Source of the DNA: a virus
Lineage: Duplodnaviria > Caudoviricetes
Reading direction: 5' to 3' (one strand)
Virus record (IMG/VR): IMGVR_UViG_3300032237_001169
Span: 44,842 to 108,841 of that record
DNA: 64,000 bases
Each line of letters begins with the position of its first letter. The first letter of the stretch is position 1. Of the stretch, positions 50,457 through 60,747 are shown one piece after another. Under the pieces are notes generated by a model, which was not told the DNA's origin, did no database searches, and worked only from the letters and a program-made list of their open reading frames with translations. A program made the position numbers and the translations under genes.

Positions 50457-50882
50457 ATGGTTGAATTCGTTGATGTAGTTCCTCAAAATGAGAGTGTTGG
50501 CGTTTGTGTAATTTTGATTGACAAGTGGACCAATAAAGTGTATCTGTCTGAAAGAAAGGGTAGTTATGAAACTCATAAGTATTGTTGCCCCGGTGGAATG
50601 GTTGAGCCAAATGAAGATTATGTAGGTGCTTTGATTCGTGAAGTTAAAGAAGAAACTGATCTTCAGCTAAAGTTTCCAAATATTCAATATGTAGCTACTG
50701 CAAAACATCAGGGTGCAAAAAGCAATTATACAGTTTGGTTTAAATATTATCTTGATTCAAAAGATATTCCATCTAATTTGGAACCAGCCAAGCACGGCGA
50801 TTGGATCTTGTTTAGCAAATGGGATGCACTAAAGTTGCCATTGATGCTCAGTACCCGTGAAACATTTGGTCATTATCTTTAA
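50457..50882 (+). CDS. Nudix hydrolase
   Basis: PGG.VE..E......REVKEETD. Confidence 0.9.
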   Translation: MVEFVDVVPQNESVGVCVILIDKWTNKVYLSERKGSYETHKYCCPGGMVEPNEDYVGALIREVKEETDLQLKFPNIQYVATAKHQGAKSNYTVWFKYYLDSKDIPSNLEPAKHGDWILFSKWDALKLPLMLSTRETFGHYL

Positions 50883-50888
50883 ATTGTT

Positions 50889-51881
50889 ATGATTGGAAAC
50901 ATTCCTACAAAACTTAAGTTGTTTGTTTGCAATCCGCGACAAATAACATTGAATTATGATGATTTGGAAATTGCTATCGGCAAGCCAATCATGGTAAATG
51001 AAACATTTGTAAGTGATGCGGATAATCCAAAAACTTGCGCTACCGGAGAAGAATGGGCAAAGAAAAATGGAATTTGGAACCAATCAAAACAAAAGTATGA
51101 TGTGTTTGGATATAACGTAGAAGAAGTTGACAATAAACCAATTACAGATGTTATTGTAACAAGTTTGGAGCATCGTGGAAATGGTGGACGTGCTTACAAG
51201 GTGATCGTCAATGGAAAATATTATGTCGATTTGCGAGAAGACATTCTACTTGATACCATTTTGAATGCTGGTATTGAAATTGGTGGCAAACTCAAAGGAG
51301 AATATATTTGGGCAAAAATTGGCAGTGCGATGAAGCTAATTCGCACCAACAGTGCATTGCATGAAGAAATGCTTAAAAGCACTGAAATGAATAGTTTGAA
51401 CAAAATTAAAAATCTACAAGTTGGTAGAATTTACGAAAGTAAGACTCAGCGACTCATTTATCTTGGAAAAGTAAATTCTACTGAAGTAGTGTTTTTTGAA
51501 GATCAACGTGCAAATCCATATTATAATCGTACTAGTAACTTGATTGATGGTAAATTGGTTACAAAACCTGTTTCTGGAATGCTTTTTTATGAAATTGTAT
51601 CTTATCAAAAAGATATTAATGCAATGGAAATCGATGCATATCGATTTAGTATTAAAAAATCTCACACACTTCGTTTAGATACAGGTATTGATGCAAAAAT
51701 TCCCGTCAATTGGCTTGCCGAAGTGAAGAAAAGCATCTACGATAACGCAGTTGAGACTGCTGCTAAATATCAAGACGTAAAAAATAGTAAATTTTATGAA
51801 TTTTACTATATGACACAATACAGCACGATTGCCAACATTGACGCTATGCATCCTGCATTTGAACGTGCGTTGAAATTGTAA
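50889..51881 (+). CDS. Conserved phage protein
   Basis: RGNGGRAYKV....YYVDLRED. Confidence 0.7.
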   Translation: MIGNIPTKLKLFVCNPRQITLNYDDLEIAIGKPIMVNETFVSDADNPKTCATGEEWAKKNGIWNQSKQKYDVFGYNVEEVDNKPITDVIVTSLEHRGNGGRAYKVIVNGKYYVDLREDILLDTILNAGIEIGGKLKGEYIWAKIGSAMKLIRTNSALHEEMLKSTEMNSLNKIKNLQVGRIYESKTQRLIYLGKVNSTEVVFFEDQRANPYYNRTSNLIDGKLVTKPVSGMLFYEIVSYQKDINAMEIDAYRFSIKKSHTLRLDTGIDAKIPVNWLAEVKKSIYDNAVETAAKYQDVKNSKFYEFYYMTQYSTIANIDAMHPAFERALKL

Positions 51882-51967
51882 ATAAATCAAAGTGTAGAAG
51901 TTCTTGACTTTTAAAAAAACTCAGCTAGACTGTCATCATAAACGGTGACAGTCTTTTTTTTATAATT

Positions 51968-52399
51968 ATGAAAACGTGGAAGCAATTGATAACAGACGCA
52001 TACATTCACAAACAATCAAAAAATTGGAATCATTTGTATTGGATTGTTGATCTTCATGACACTGTTATATCCGGTACTTATAATAAATTTAACGAGGGAG
52101 CGATTATTTATCCTTATGCAAAAGAAACATTGGATTATTTATATTCCCACAATGTTCACCAATCCATTTTGTGGACGAGCAGCCATGACGATGCAATAAA
52201 TGACATATTGAAAAGATTTGATATTCGTTTTAATTATCATCATATCAATCCAGAATGCCCAAACACAGACATTTGTAATTTTGATAGAAAGTTATATTTT
52301 AATTTTATTTTGGATGACAAAGCTCGTTTTGATCCACACAACGACTGGAAAGAAATTTATGATTCATTAATTGAATTGGATAATAAATACAAAACTTGA
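51968..52399 (+). CDS. HAD-like protein
   Basis: VDLHDT, LWTS, NPE, KLYF...LDDKA.F. Confidence 0.75.
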   Translation: MKTWKQLITDAYIHKQSKNWNHLYWIVDLHDTVISGTYNKFNEGAIIYPYAKETLDYLYSHNVHQSILWTSSHDDAINDILKRFDIRFNYHHINPECPNTDICNFDRKLYFNFILDDKARFDPHNDWKEIYDSLIELDNKYKT

Positions 52400-52411
52400 A
52401 ACATTTGAAAA

Positions 52412-52885
52412 ATGGAAACTAAAAATACAAAAGAACAATATATCTTATATATACTTATTCGTAATGATATGCCATCTTTAAATGCAGGTAAGGCGATGGC
52501 ACAAGCAAGTCACGCCAGCAATGCATTTATCAAATCATTTGGTAATGCAAAATCAGTAAAACCGTGGATTAATGAAACCCCACAATGGTTCGGTACGGTT
52601 ATTGTTCTAAGCGCAAATGAAAAACAAGTGAATGAAATAATCCAAAACAGTGAGAACGCCAATGTTCTTTCAGAGCTAATTGTCGATCCAACCTACCCTT
52701 ATATTGTTAATAATGAAGTAGCAGCATTGATCGATGCAAAACACCACACAGTGGCACCTATTGTAAAAACAGACGGTACTGTAGTTTTACATCGAAAAGA
52801 AATTACCTGTGCGTATGTATATGGTTCCAAAGAAGACTGTAAAAAATACTCGGTCATCTACCACTGCATCCCTAGGTCAAAATAA
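52412..52885 (+). CDS. Second Pth2-like protein (C-terminus probably frameshifted)
   Basis: YILIRND..S.N.GKAMAQASHA, FGT.IVL, DPTYP; alternate frame ends KILGHLPLHP*. Confidence 0.8.
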   Translation: METKNTKEQYILYILIRNDMPSLNAGKAMAQASHASNAFIKSFGNAKSVKPWINETPQWFGTVIVLSANEKQVNEIIQNSENANVLSELIVDPTYPYIVNNEVAALIDAKHHTVAPIVKTDGTVVLHRKEITCAYVYGSKEDCKKYSVIYHCIPRSK

Positions 52886-52980
52886 AATAAACAACAAGCT
52901 TGACATGTACTGTATAAAAATATATGTACATCACATAACACTTAAATGAAATTACTTAAATTCAATAATCCTAATATTAA

Positions 52981-53784
52981 TCATTGGATTACTTCAGATT
53001 TACATTCATTTAATTTTTGAATTGCTTCGTCTAAAGTTCCAAAACTACCAATAACTTTTCTTTTTTTATTTATTGTCAATCTACAGATCCATTTACCCGT
53101 CCATGTAGAAAAATGAATACCTTCTACATTTGATTTTCGTGGAAAAAATAAAGGTTTTGGAGACGCTATACATTCTAAATATTTATTATATTTTCTTTTT
53201 AATCCAATTCTGTTATTTGTATAAATATAATTTCCTAATTTTTTAATATCTTCTTGTTTACGTATTGTAACACAAGAACTATTTCCACATTTCCGTTTAT
53301 ATTTTTTAATAGTATATTTTACATTAAGCTTTTTAAATAAATTACATACAGAAGAATAGTCTTGATTGTATCCTCCCCATAGTGTAAAAGAATGGGAACT
53401 TGATTTACAATAAAATCCACCATCGCCATCAAAATATCCTAGCCACCAAATATATTGTTTGTTTTCAGGTATTAACGATAATATTTTGTATGGATCGATT
53501 GTAGATTTTAATTTATAATTATGATCAATTAAAAACTTAACACTATCTTTATGAGATATTCTAATTCTAGCCTGTCTATTACCAAACGGTTTACCGTTTT
53601 TAGTTCGCACTCGTTCATAGTACGAGTGCTTAATTTCTTTAAACAAATATTTTATGTCATCCATATCATTTTTTATAATTTCCAACGATATGTTATCGTC
53701 TGATACATATCCATCCGCCCATAAAAATCCTAGAAGATAAATATTAGTATCATGTTTAATATCTATTATTGTTTGGTCACTCAT
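52981..53784 (-). mobile_element. LAGLIDADG homing endonuclease with an AP2-like tail
   Basis: YLLGFLWADG, WLGYFDGDG, KW...IG.F....EA. Confidence 0.9.
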
Positions 53785-53822
53785 ATAAATCCTTTACTAT
53801 AAATATAGTTAATTTTCTCAAT

Positions 53823-54461
53823 ATGTTAAAAATAAATAATAAAAACGTGTATGTTACATCAGATACACATTTTGGTCATGCGCAGAAATTTCTTTATGAA
53901 AAACGCGGATTTGCATCTGTGGCAGAACACGATGCAGCAATTATAGAAAATATTAATAGCTTGGTTAATAAAGATGATGTTTTATTTCATATTGGTGATT
54001 TTTGTTTAAATACTACATACGAGAGATTTGAAGAAATTATTAATTCAATAAATTGTCAGACACTTTATTGTTTATGGGGAAATCACAATTCTCGTATTCG
54101 ACAAGCATATGAACGAGAAGTATTGGCCAAGTATGGACCTGATATTGATGTGTATCCATACAGATATAAGAATATTGTATTTGTTGGATATCATCTTGAG
54201 TGTATCATACAGGGTAAATATGTTGTTCTCAATCATTTTCCTATTGAAGTATGGGAAAATATGAAAGATGGAGCATATATGCTTTGTGGTCATAGCCATT
54301 ATAGTTTGTGTCGTACTCGTAAAGAAAGTACAGATGGTTTAACTCTTGATTGTGGTTGGGAAGGTCACAATAGTATTTATAATTTCAATGAAATTGTAGA
54401 TATTATGAAAACTAAGCAAATAAGAGCTATTGATCATCATGTCAAAGCATCAGCAGTATAA
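53823..54461 (+). CDS. Calcineurin-like metallophosphoesterase (paralog of 7064)
   Basis: TSDTHFGH, HIGDF, GNH, HFP, GHSH. Confidence 0.9.
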   Translation: MLKINNKNVYVTSDTHFGHAQKFLYEKRGFASVAEHDAAIIENINSLVNKDDVLFHIGDFCLNTTYERFEEIINSINCQTLYCLWGNHNSRIRQAYEREVLAKYGPDIDVYPYRYKNIVFVGYHLECIIQGKYVVLNHFPIEVWENMKDGAYMLCGHSHYSLCRTRKESTDGLTLDCGWEGHNSIYNFNEIVDIMKTKQIRAIDHHVKASAV

Positions 54462-54675
54462 AACTGAAATTAACATGTTATTGAGAGCATTGGATAAAAC
54501 CGACGCTCTCATTTCTGATATTACAGTATTTAGTGATTTGTTGCCCTCGAAAAAAATAGATCAAAAAATAAAAGACAACCTAAAGAAAATCGAAACTAAG
54601 TATAAATTACAGATTTTATTTGGAGACAAACTATCTGATGTAGCAGAAAAGATGTATAATTATTTACCATATTGA
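54439..54675 (+). CDS. Hypothetical protein
   Basis: ORF. Confidence 0.55.
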   Translation: MSKHQQYKTEINMLLRALDKTDALISDITVFSDLLPSKKIDQKIKDNLKKIETKYKLQILFGDKLSDVAEKMYNYLPY

Positions 54676-54820
54676 ATATGATGAACAAAAACATCATTAT
54701 GATAAACACGGTAATTTAAACAAAAACGATATAGCACGAATGAATAAAATCATCAAACATCTCAATTGCCAATTCTACAGATATGTAGAAAAAACACAAA
54801 CGCTTGTCAAATACAATTAA
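54671..54820 (+). pseudogene. Orphan C-terminus of a Vsr-like homing endonuclease
   Basis: IEYDEQKHHYDKHGNLNKNDIARMNKI..HL.CQFYRY matches the end of 33247-34098. Confidence 0.75.
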
Positions 54821-54834
54821 AAAATTGACTTGTA

Positions 54835-55925
54835 ATGCAATTGGGTATAGACTATACCATAGAAAATGGTAAATATGTATTTACCAGTAAATATTTATTA
54901 AAAAGAGGCTATTGTTGTCATTTTGGATGTCGCAATTGCCCATACACAAAAAAATATATGGAAAAAGAATTATATATGAGAGGCGAATCGCCACGTAAAA
55001 CTGTTATTCAACACGATGACTTGAAGTATGATGGAAAAAATTTAATTATACCCGGTTGTTGGACTAGTACAATTGCTGAATATCTTAACCTCGTCAATGA
55101 AAATAAAATTTCAGAAGATGATAAGGAAGACTTGGAAACATTCAAAGGCTTCATTTTTGATGTTGAATATAGCAAAAATGAAGGTAATTAAGATGAAAGC
55201 TAAATATAGAAAAATAAAATACGTACCTTTTAATAGTTTGCCCGGTGCAATTGACTGTTCGATTGATTTTTCATTTATTATTAATGAAGATGCACATCTT
55301 ACAATCGTTGACGCCATGCGAGTGTTAGAAGAAGTGGATCAAACCGAATATCCTGAATTGTATGATGCTATAGATAAATTAAAAGCAATGGATTTTATTG
55401 GATTTGATTAAAAAAATAAACTTTCTTAGATTGTAAACTACTGAAAATATGAATAATAGTAATTACGCCGCAGATCACATTCTCGAATATTTGTTGAAAA
55501 ATGGTTGGGTATCAACCAATTGTTATTCTTCACTGCATGTGAAATCAGATATTGAACAGATCATAATTAATGCAGCATTGTCAAATGTTAAAGTGTCCAA
55601 CAATCTAGGTGTTACTACACTTGATAGTGCCACTACTTATACGATTCCTGCATATAAATTTGACTGACAATTTTGTTGACTTTCTAGAAAATACAAATAT
55701 ATGAAAATATATTTTAAATCTGAAAACGATAAAATTAAATTTAATAATTGGTTACGAGAAATTCAGCATTGTGCATCGTATATTGATGTTGCATTGCATG
55801 ATTCTGTCCTATTTGAAGTTCAAGAAGAAACCATACGGAGCAATGCTAGAACTTTAGGATGTCGAATATATGATGTTGCCGAATCAATGTATGAAGTAAT
55901 TCCCCAAGACAAACTTTATCGTTGA
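54835..55925 (+). CDS. Four small proteins; the first begins with a DUF5522-like Cys motif
   Basis: YLLKRGYCC..GCRNCPY; others at 55193-55411, 55449-55667, 55701-55925. Confidence 0.6.
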
Positions 55926-56030
55926 CTTTCTATAAAAACCTGATATCTTGATTGCATGAAGATTGACCTATAAAAATTAGTTTAATGTTTGATGATTCCA
56001 CTTGCTACTTATTTAAAAGGAAGCAATTGG

Positions 56031-56603
56031 ATGAAAAATATAATAAATCAAAAGTTTGGTAAATTATTAGTTTTAGAATTTCATAGTAAATCATTAGCAA
56101 AAAGACCAAAAAATAAATGGAAGTGCCTATGTGATTGTGGAAAAGTAAAAATAATACAAGAGAATCATTTAATTAGTGGCACTACGAAATCATGTGGATG
56201 TTTGCATAAAAGAACTGGAAAAAATTCTCCATTCTTCAAAGGCTATGAAGACATTTCATTAGATTTTTTTAATCACATAAAAGCAGCATGTGAAAAACCA
56301 CAAAAATATAGAAAATCCCGTGAGTTTAAATTAACGATAGAGTATTTGTGGGATTTATATATAAAACAAAATAAAAAATGTGCAATATCTGGTGTAGAAA
56401 TCTTGTTTACTGAGCGCGAAGGAAGTAGAGGGCGAAGATGTTCAGCATCTCTTGATAGAATTGATTCATCAATCGGATATGTTGAAGGTAATGTTCAATG
56501 GGTACATAAAATAGTCAACATAATGAAAAATAAAACAGATATGAAAGAATTCATATCTTGGTGTAATAAAATTACAAAACATAATGAAAATAGACCTCAA
56601 TAA
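56031..56603 (+). mobile_element. HNH-type homing endonuclease
   Basis: KFGKL.V....W.CLCDCG, SCGC, SLDRIDSS.GY..GNVQWVH...N.MK. Confidence 0.9.
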
Positions 56604-57675
56604 TATTGACACTGAAAATTTCATGTCGCATGACCATTTCATCAATGGAGAAGTTGTCACGCTAATTCAGCCAAAAAACATAGGAGTTAAATGGCGGCAG
56701 GATAATAAGCATCTGCGTTCTTCCGTATGGAACTATGAAGGCGAACTTATCAGCGCAGGTTTTCCTAAATTCACTAATTTTGGGGAAAATCCTGAACATT
56801 TTCCTGTTCCACAGTCATTGAAGAATTGCACTGTTGTTGAAAAGTTGGATGGTTCATTGCTTATTGTCAGCAAGTATAAGGGTCAACTTATTCTACGTAC
56901 CCGTGGAACTGTTGACGCCCATACTATGGACAACGGGCATGAACTTGAAATTTTCAAGGAAAAGTTTTTAAATAGTATCAATCACGCTACACCCGATACA
57001 TGGAATGTGTCTATTTTATTTGAGTGGGTAAGTCCACAAAATAAAATAGTAATTAACTATGGTGCCGAACCAGATTGGTATGTTGTAGGTATTGTTCGCC
57101 ACAATGATTATTCATTGTTTGAACAATCCGAATTGGATATGTGGGCGAAGAATAAAAATTTCAAGCGTCCAGCAACATATACTTTTTCTGATGTCAATGA
57201 TCTATTAGAAAATGTTGAACATTGGAAAGGTAAGGAAGGTGTAGTTATTTACAGCCAAGACGGTCAAATGCTTCATAAAGTGAAAGCCTTTGAATATTTA
57301 AAATGTCATGCCTTTAAAGGCAACGCAACTTTTGAAAATACAATTGAAATGTTTTTCGAGTTTGATATGCCTTCATATCAAGAGTTTGAAACGAAATTAA
57401 TTGAAAAATTTGACTATGAATGTTATAAAATGGTTCGTGGACATATATCTACCATTTGCGATGGATTCAAAGAAGTATTAAATGTAGTAGATGGTATGAA
57501 TCGTTTTGTTAATAAAATTAAATCATTACCTACTCGTAAAGAGCAAGCGGTTGCCGTGTTTTCCTCTTATGGTAAAGAATCCAATAGAAGTTCATATATT
57601 TTTACAATTTTGGATGGCAAGTCATTGACGAAAGAACAACTCAAAAAGTTACTATATCAAGTCACAAAAAAGTGA
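56584..57675 (+). CDS. RNA ligase (T4 Rnl1-like)
   Basis: FPKF.N.GE, EKLDGSL, FE.VSP.NKIV, EGVV, K.K...Y. Confidence 0.85.
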   Translation: MKIDLNNIDTENFMSHDHFINGEVVTLIQPKNIGVKWRQDNKHLRSSVWNYEGELISAGFPKFTNFGENPEHFPVPQSLKNCTVVEKLDGSLLIVSKYKGQLILRTRGTVDAHTMDNGHELEIFKEKFLNSINHATPDTWNVSILFEWVSPQNKIVINYGAEPDWYVVGIVRHNDYSLFEQSELDMWAKNKNFKRPATYTFSDVNDLLENVEHWKGKEGVVIYSQDGQMLHKVKAFEYLKCHAFKGNATFENTIEMFFEFDMPSYQEFETKLIEKFDYECYKMVRGHISTICDGFKEVLNVVDGMNRFVNKIKSLPTRKEQAVAVFSSYGKESNRSSYIFTILDGKSLTKEQLKKLLYQVTKK

Positions 57676-57889
57676 CAGATAATCTGTTGTTTTTACTTTA
57701 TGAATCGTAGTTATGTATATGATTTTTTATCTTCAACAAGTATCTGATACTGAATTTAAATTCGTTTCTATATATGTTCACACTATTGATACGGCTGCGA
57801 GAGAGAAGGCACATCAAATAATGATTGAATCAAATAATAATAAATATAACGATGTAAGAGAAAAGGTAGATGATAAAAGTAGTTAAAAC

Positions 57890-57923
57890 TAACCCACCAA
57901 TTATTTGATTGGTGGGTTTTTTT
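57890..57923 (+). terminator. Intrinsic terminator
   Basis: aacccaccaat..attggtgggtt followed by a T-run. Confidence 0.85.
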
Positions 57924-57939
57924 GTAGATATTTATGTGA

Positions 57940-58665
57940 ATGAAAATAAGATCATTATTCATAAGTGATTGCCATTTAGGCAGTGAATACTGCAATCATG
58001 AAAAGCTGTTAAAGCTTTTGAGTGAAACCGAATGTGAATATTTATATATTGTAGGCGATTTTATTGATGGTTGGGTATTGAGACGAAAATTCAAGTGGAA
58101 CAACAATTATAATACAATACTTCAAAAAATATTGCGTATGAGCAGAAAAGGTACGCAAGTCTATTATATTTGGGGCAATCATGATGATTTTATTGAACCA
58201 TTTAATGAAATACATTTTGGTGATAGAATACAAATACTCAGAGAAACATGTCATATTACATTAAAAAATGAAAAAATATTAATTATACATGGTGATCAAT
58301 TTGACGGTATTGTAACAAAAAATAAATGGATTCAGCATATTGGATCAATTATATATGACTATAGTTTAGCTGTAAATAAATTGTTTAGAATATTTAAATT
58401 TAGTTTTAGTAATTTTCTTAAACAAAAAGCAAAAGGAGCTGTTAAATATATTAGCAGCTATGAAGCGACAGTTGTAAATTATTGTAGAAACAATGGATAT
58501 AATAGTATTTTATGTGGACATATACACAAACCAGAAATCAATACAATTGATGGAATAAAATATTATAATACAGGTGATTGGGTGGAAAGCAACACCTTTA
58601 TAGTTGAAACACTAGAAGGAGAAATTAAATTAATCAAATATGAAGATTTTCAAAATAATTTGTAA
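57940..58665 (+). CDS. LpxH/PlcP-like metallophosphoesterase
   Basis: ISD.HLG, VGD.IDGW, QKILR..RKG, GNHD, HGDQFD, CGHIH, NTGDWVES. Confidence 0.85.
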   Translation: MKIRSLFISDCHLGSEYCNHEKLLKLLSETECEYLYIVGDFIDGWVLRRKFKWNNNYNTILQKILRMSRKGTQVYYIWGNHDDFIEPFNEIHFGDRIQILRETCHITLKNEKILIIHGDQFDGIVTKNKWIQHIGSIIYDYSLAVNKLFRIFKFSFSNFLKQKAKGAVKYISSYEATVVNYCRNNGYNSILCGHIHKPEINTIDGIKYYNTGDWVESNTFIVETLEGEIKLIKYEDFQNNL

Positions 58666-58724
58666 TTTGCAAATTGTTTATTGATATGTATGTGTAGTTA
58701 AGGACACTACCCACACTTTGTAAT

Positions 58725-59606
58725 ATGAATAATATAAAAAATGAAGAATTGGATTTTATTAAAGATAATTTTCTAAAATTTGGAGCAAAATATTGTGAAG
58801 AAAAACTTAATATAAAAAGAGATAGAATAAACTATATAGCGAGAAATATTCTCAATTTAGGAAAATTAGATAAAAAAATTTACGGAAAAATTGTTAGCGA
58901 TGCAAAATCAAATTTTTACAAAAACAAAAATTCGTATAAAGTTGATCATCAACAATTCATAGATGTAAATTCCAAAGAAGTTGCTTATTTATTAGGATTG
59001 ATTTGGGCAGATGGAAATATTTTTGAATTTAAAAATAAAAATAAAAGAAATACTCAGATCAGTTTAGTTACAGAAGATATAGAAAATATAATCCCAGTAT
59101 TTAAGAAAACCGGCGATTGGGGCAGATGTGACAGAAGTCGTGTCGGTAAAAAACCATCAACAAGTTTTTCTAATTTCAATCCACATTTAGCTAACTATTT
59201 GATATCAAAAGGATATAAATCTAAATCACATAAAAGTGCTTGCGAGATAATAAAAACTATACCGGAAGAATTAAAACGTTTTTGGTTCAGAGGATTGTTT
59301 GATGGAGATGGTTGTTTATATGTAGATAAACAAAATAGAACTAATTTATCCATTTCATCATCATATGGTCAAGATTGGACTTATATGGAAAATTTATTTA
59401 AAAAATTAAATATAAAATATAAAATAAATAAATTAATATCCAAAACTGGAAGATCATCGAGCATTTGCGTTAGAAACAAACTAGGATGTAAAAGTTTTTT
59501 GGATTATATTTATGATGGATTTGAAATAGATCATATTGGACTCAAAAGAAAATATCATAAATATAAAAATACAAATTTTAATAAAAAAGTTAATCAACAT
59601 AAATAA
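58725..59606 (+). mobile_element. LAGLIDADG homing endonuclease
   Basis: AYLLGLIWADG, FRGLFDGDG, L.RK..K. Confidence 0.9.
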
Positions 59607-59608
59607 TT

Positions 59609-60640
59609 ATGAAAATCATATTTGGAACTTGTATAAGTGGCAACGGACATCAAACACAAGCTATTGCTACTAAGCAATTTTTAGAAAAACAAGGTATAAA
59701 TGTTATTTGTAATTTAGTAGGAAAACCATTTAAAAATAAATTACCAAAATATTTCACTGACGAATTTAACATAATACAACACGATAGTTTTGATTTTGTA
59801 TTTGATAATGTGGGTAGAGTTGTTATATGGAAAACTATATTAAAGAATACATTAGAATTACCCCGATTAATTTTGTCATTCATTAAAATCTGTAATGTCA
59901 TCAGAAAAGAAAAGCCTGATGCTATATTTAACTATTATGAACCGTTGGTAGGTCTAACCTCGTTATTCTTCAGAAACATAAAATATGTTAGTATCGGTCA
60001 TCAATATGCAATGGAAGCAAAATGCTATCCAAAAACAGATGGATTTCCTGTTCAAAAATTGTTTTTAAGTATTATTAACAAGATAACAAGTATTCGATCA
60101 AAAATTGTAGCATTAAGTTACTATGAATTTGTTGACACTGAAATGTTAGTAAGTCCACCAATACTAAGAAGTGAAAGTTATATACAATCCGATGAAAAAC
60201 AAGACTTTGTATTGGCATATCTAATGAATGAAGATATGTTGCCGCAGTTGTTTAGCGAAGCAAAAAAATATCCAAACATTAATATTGAATGTTTTACTAA
60301 ATTAACAAAAACTCACGAACAATTACCAAATGTAAAATTATATAACTTGGATGGTAAGTTGTTTCAAGAAAAAATGAAAGTATGCAAAGCAGTTATTTGC
60401 AGTGGTGGCTTTGAAACAAGCGCAGAAGCAATATATCAAATGAAACCACTATTAATGATACCAATGCCAAATCATTATGAACAATATGCAAATTGTAATG
60501 ATGCATATTTGCAATCATTGGCATTATACTCTGAAAAAATTGATTTGGGTAGAATACCTACTTTTCAAAACGGAAATAAAACATGGTTTGATACATATAA
60601 AACTCAATTAAATAAAGTTTTATCGTATTTAAATTCTTAA
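59609..60640 (+). CDS. GT-B glycosyltransferase (MJ1255/VC2487-like)
   Basis: GNGH, N.YEP, IGHQY, PPILR, GGFET..EA....KP...P...H.EQ..N. Confidence 0.85.
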   Translation: MKIIFGTCISGNGHQTQAIATKQFLEKQGINVICNLVGKPFKNKLPKYFTDEFNIIQHDSFDFVFDNVGRVVIWKTILKNTLELPRLILSFIKICNVIRKEKPDAIFNYYEPLVGLTSLFFRNIKYVSIGHQYAMEAKCYPKTDGFPVQKLFLSIINKITSIRSKIVALSYYEFVDTEMLVSPPILRSESYIQSDEKQDFVLAYLMNEDMLPQLFSEAKKYPNINIECFTKLTKTHEQLPNVKLYNLDGKLFQEKMKVCKAVICSGGFETSAEAIYQMKPLLMIPMPNHYEQYANCNDAYLQSLALYSEKIDLGRIPTFQNGNKTWFDTYKTQLNKVLSYLNS

Positions 60641-60747
60641 TTTTTCCAAACAAAAATTCTATTATTTTGCATCGAATACTGGTTGACAAATCAGTGTGGT
60701 CTGATATTCTTTAGACCAAAGTTAGAACATCATTCTTATAAAAGTTC

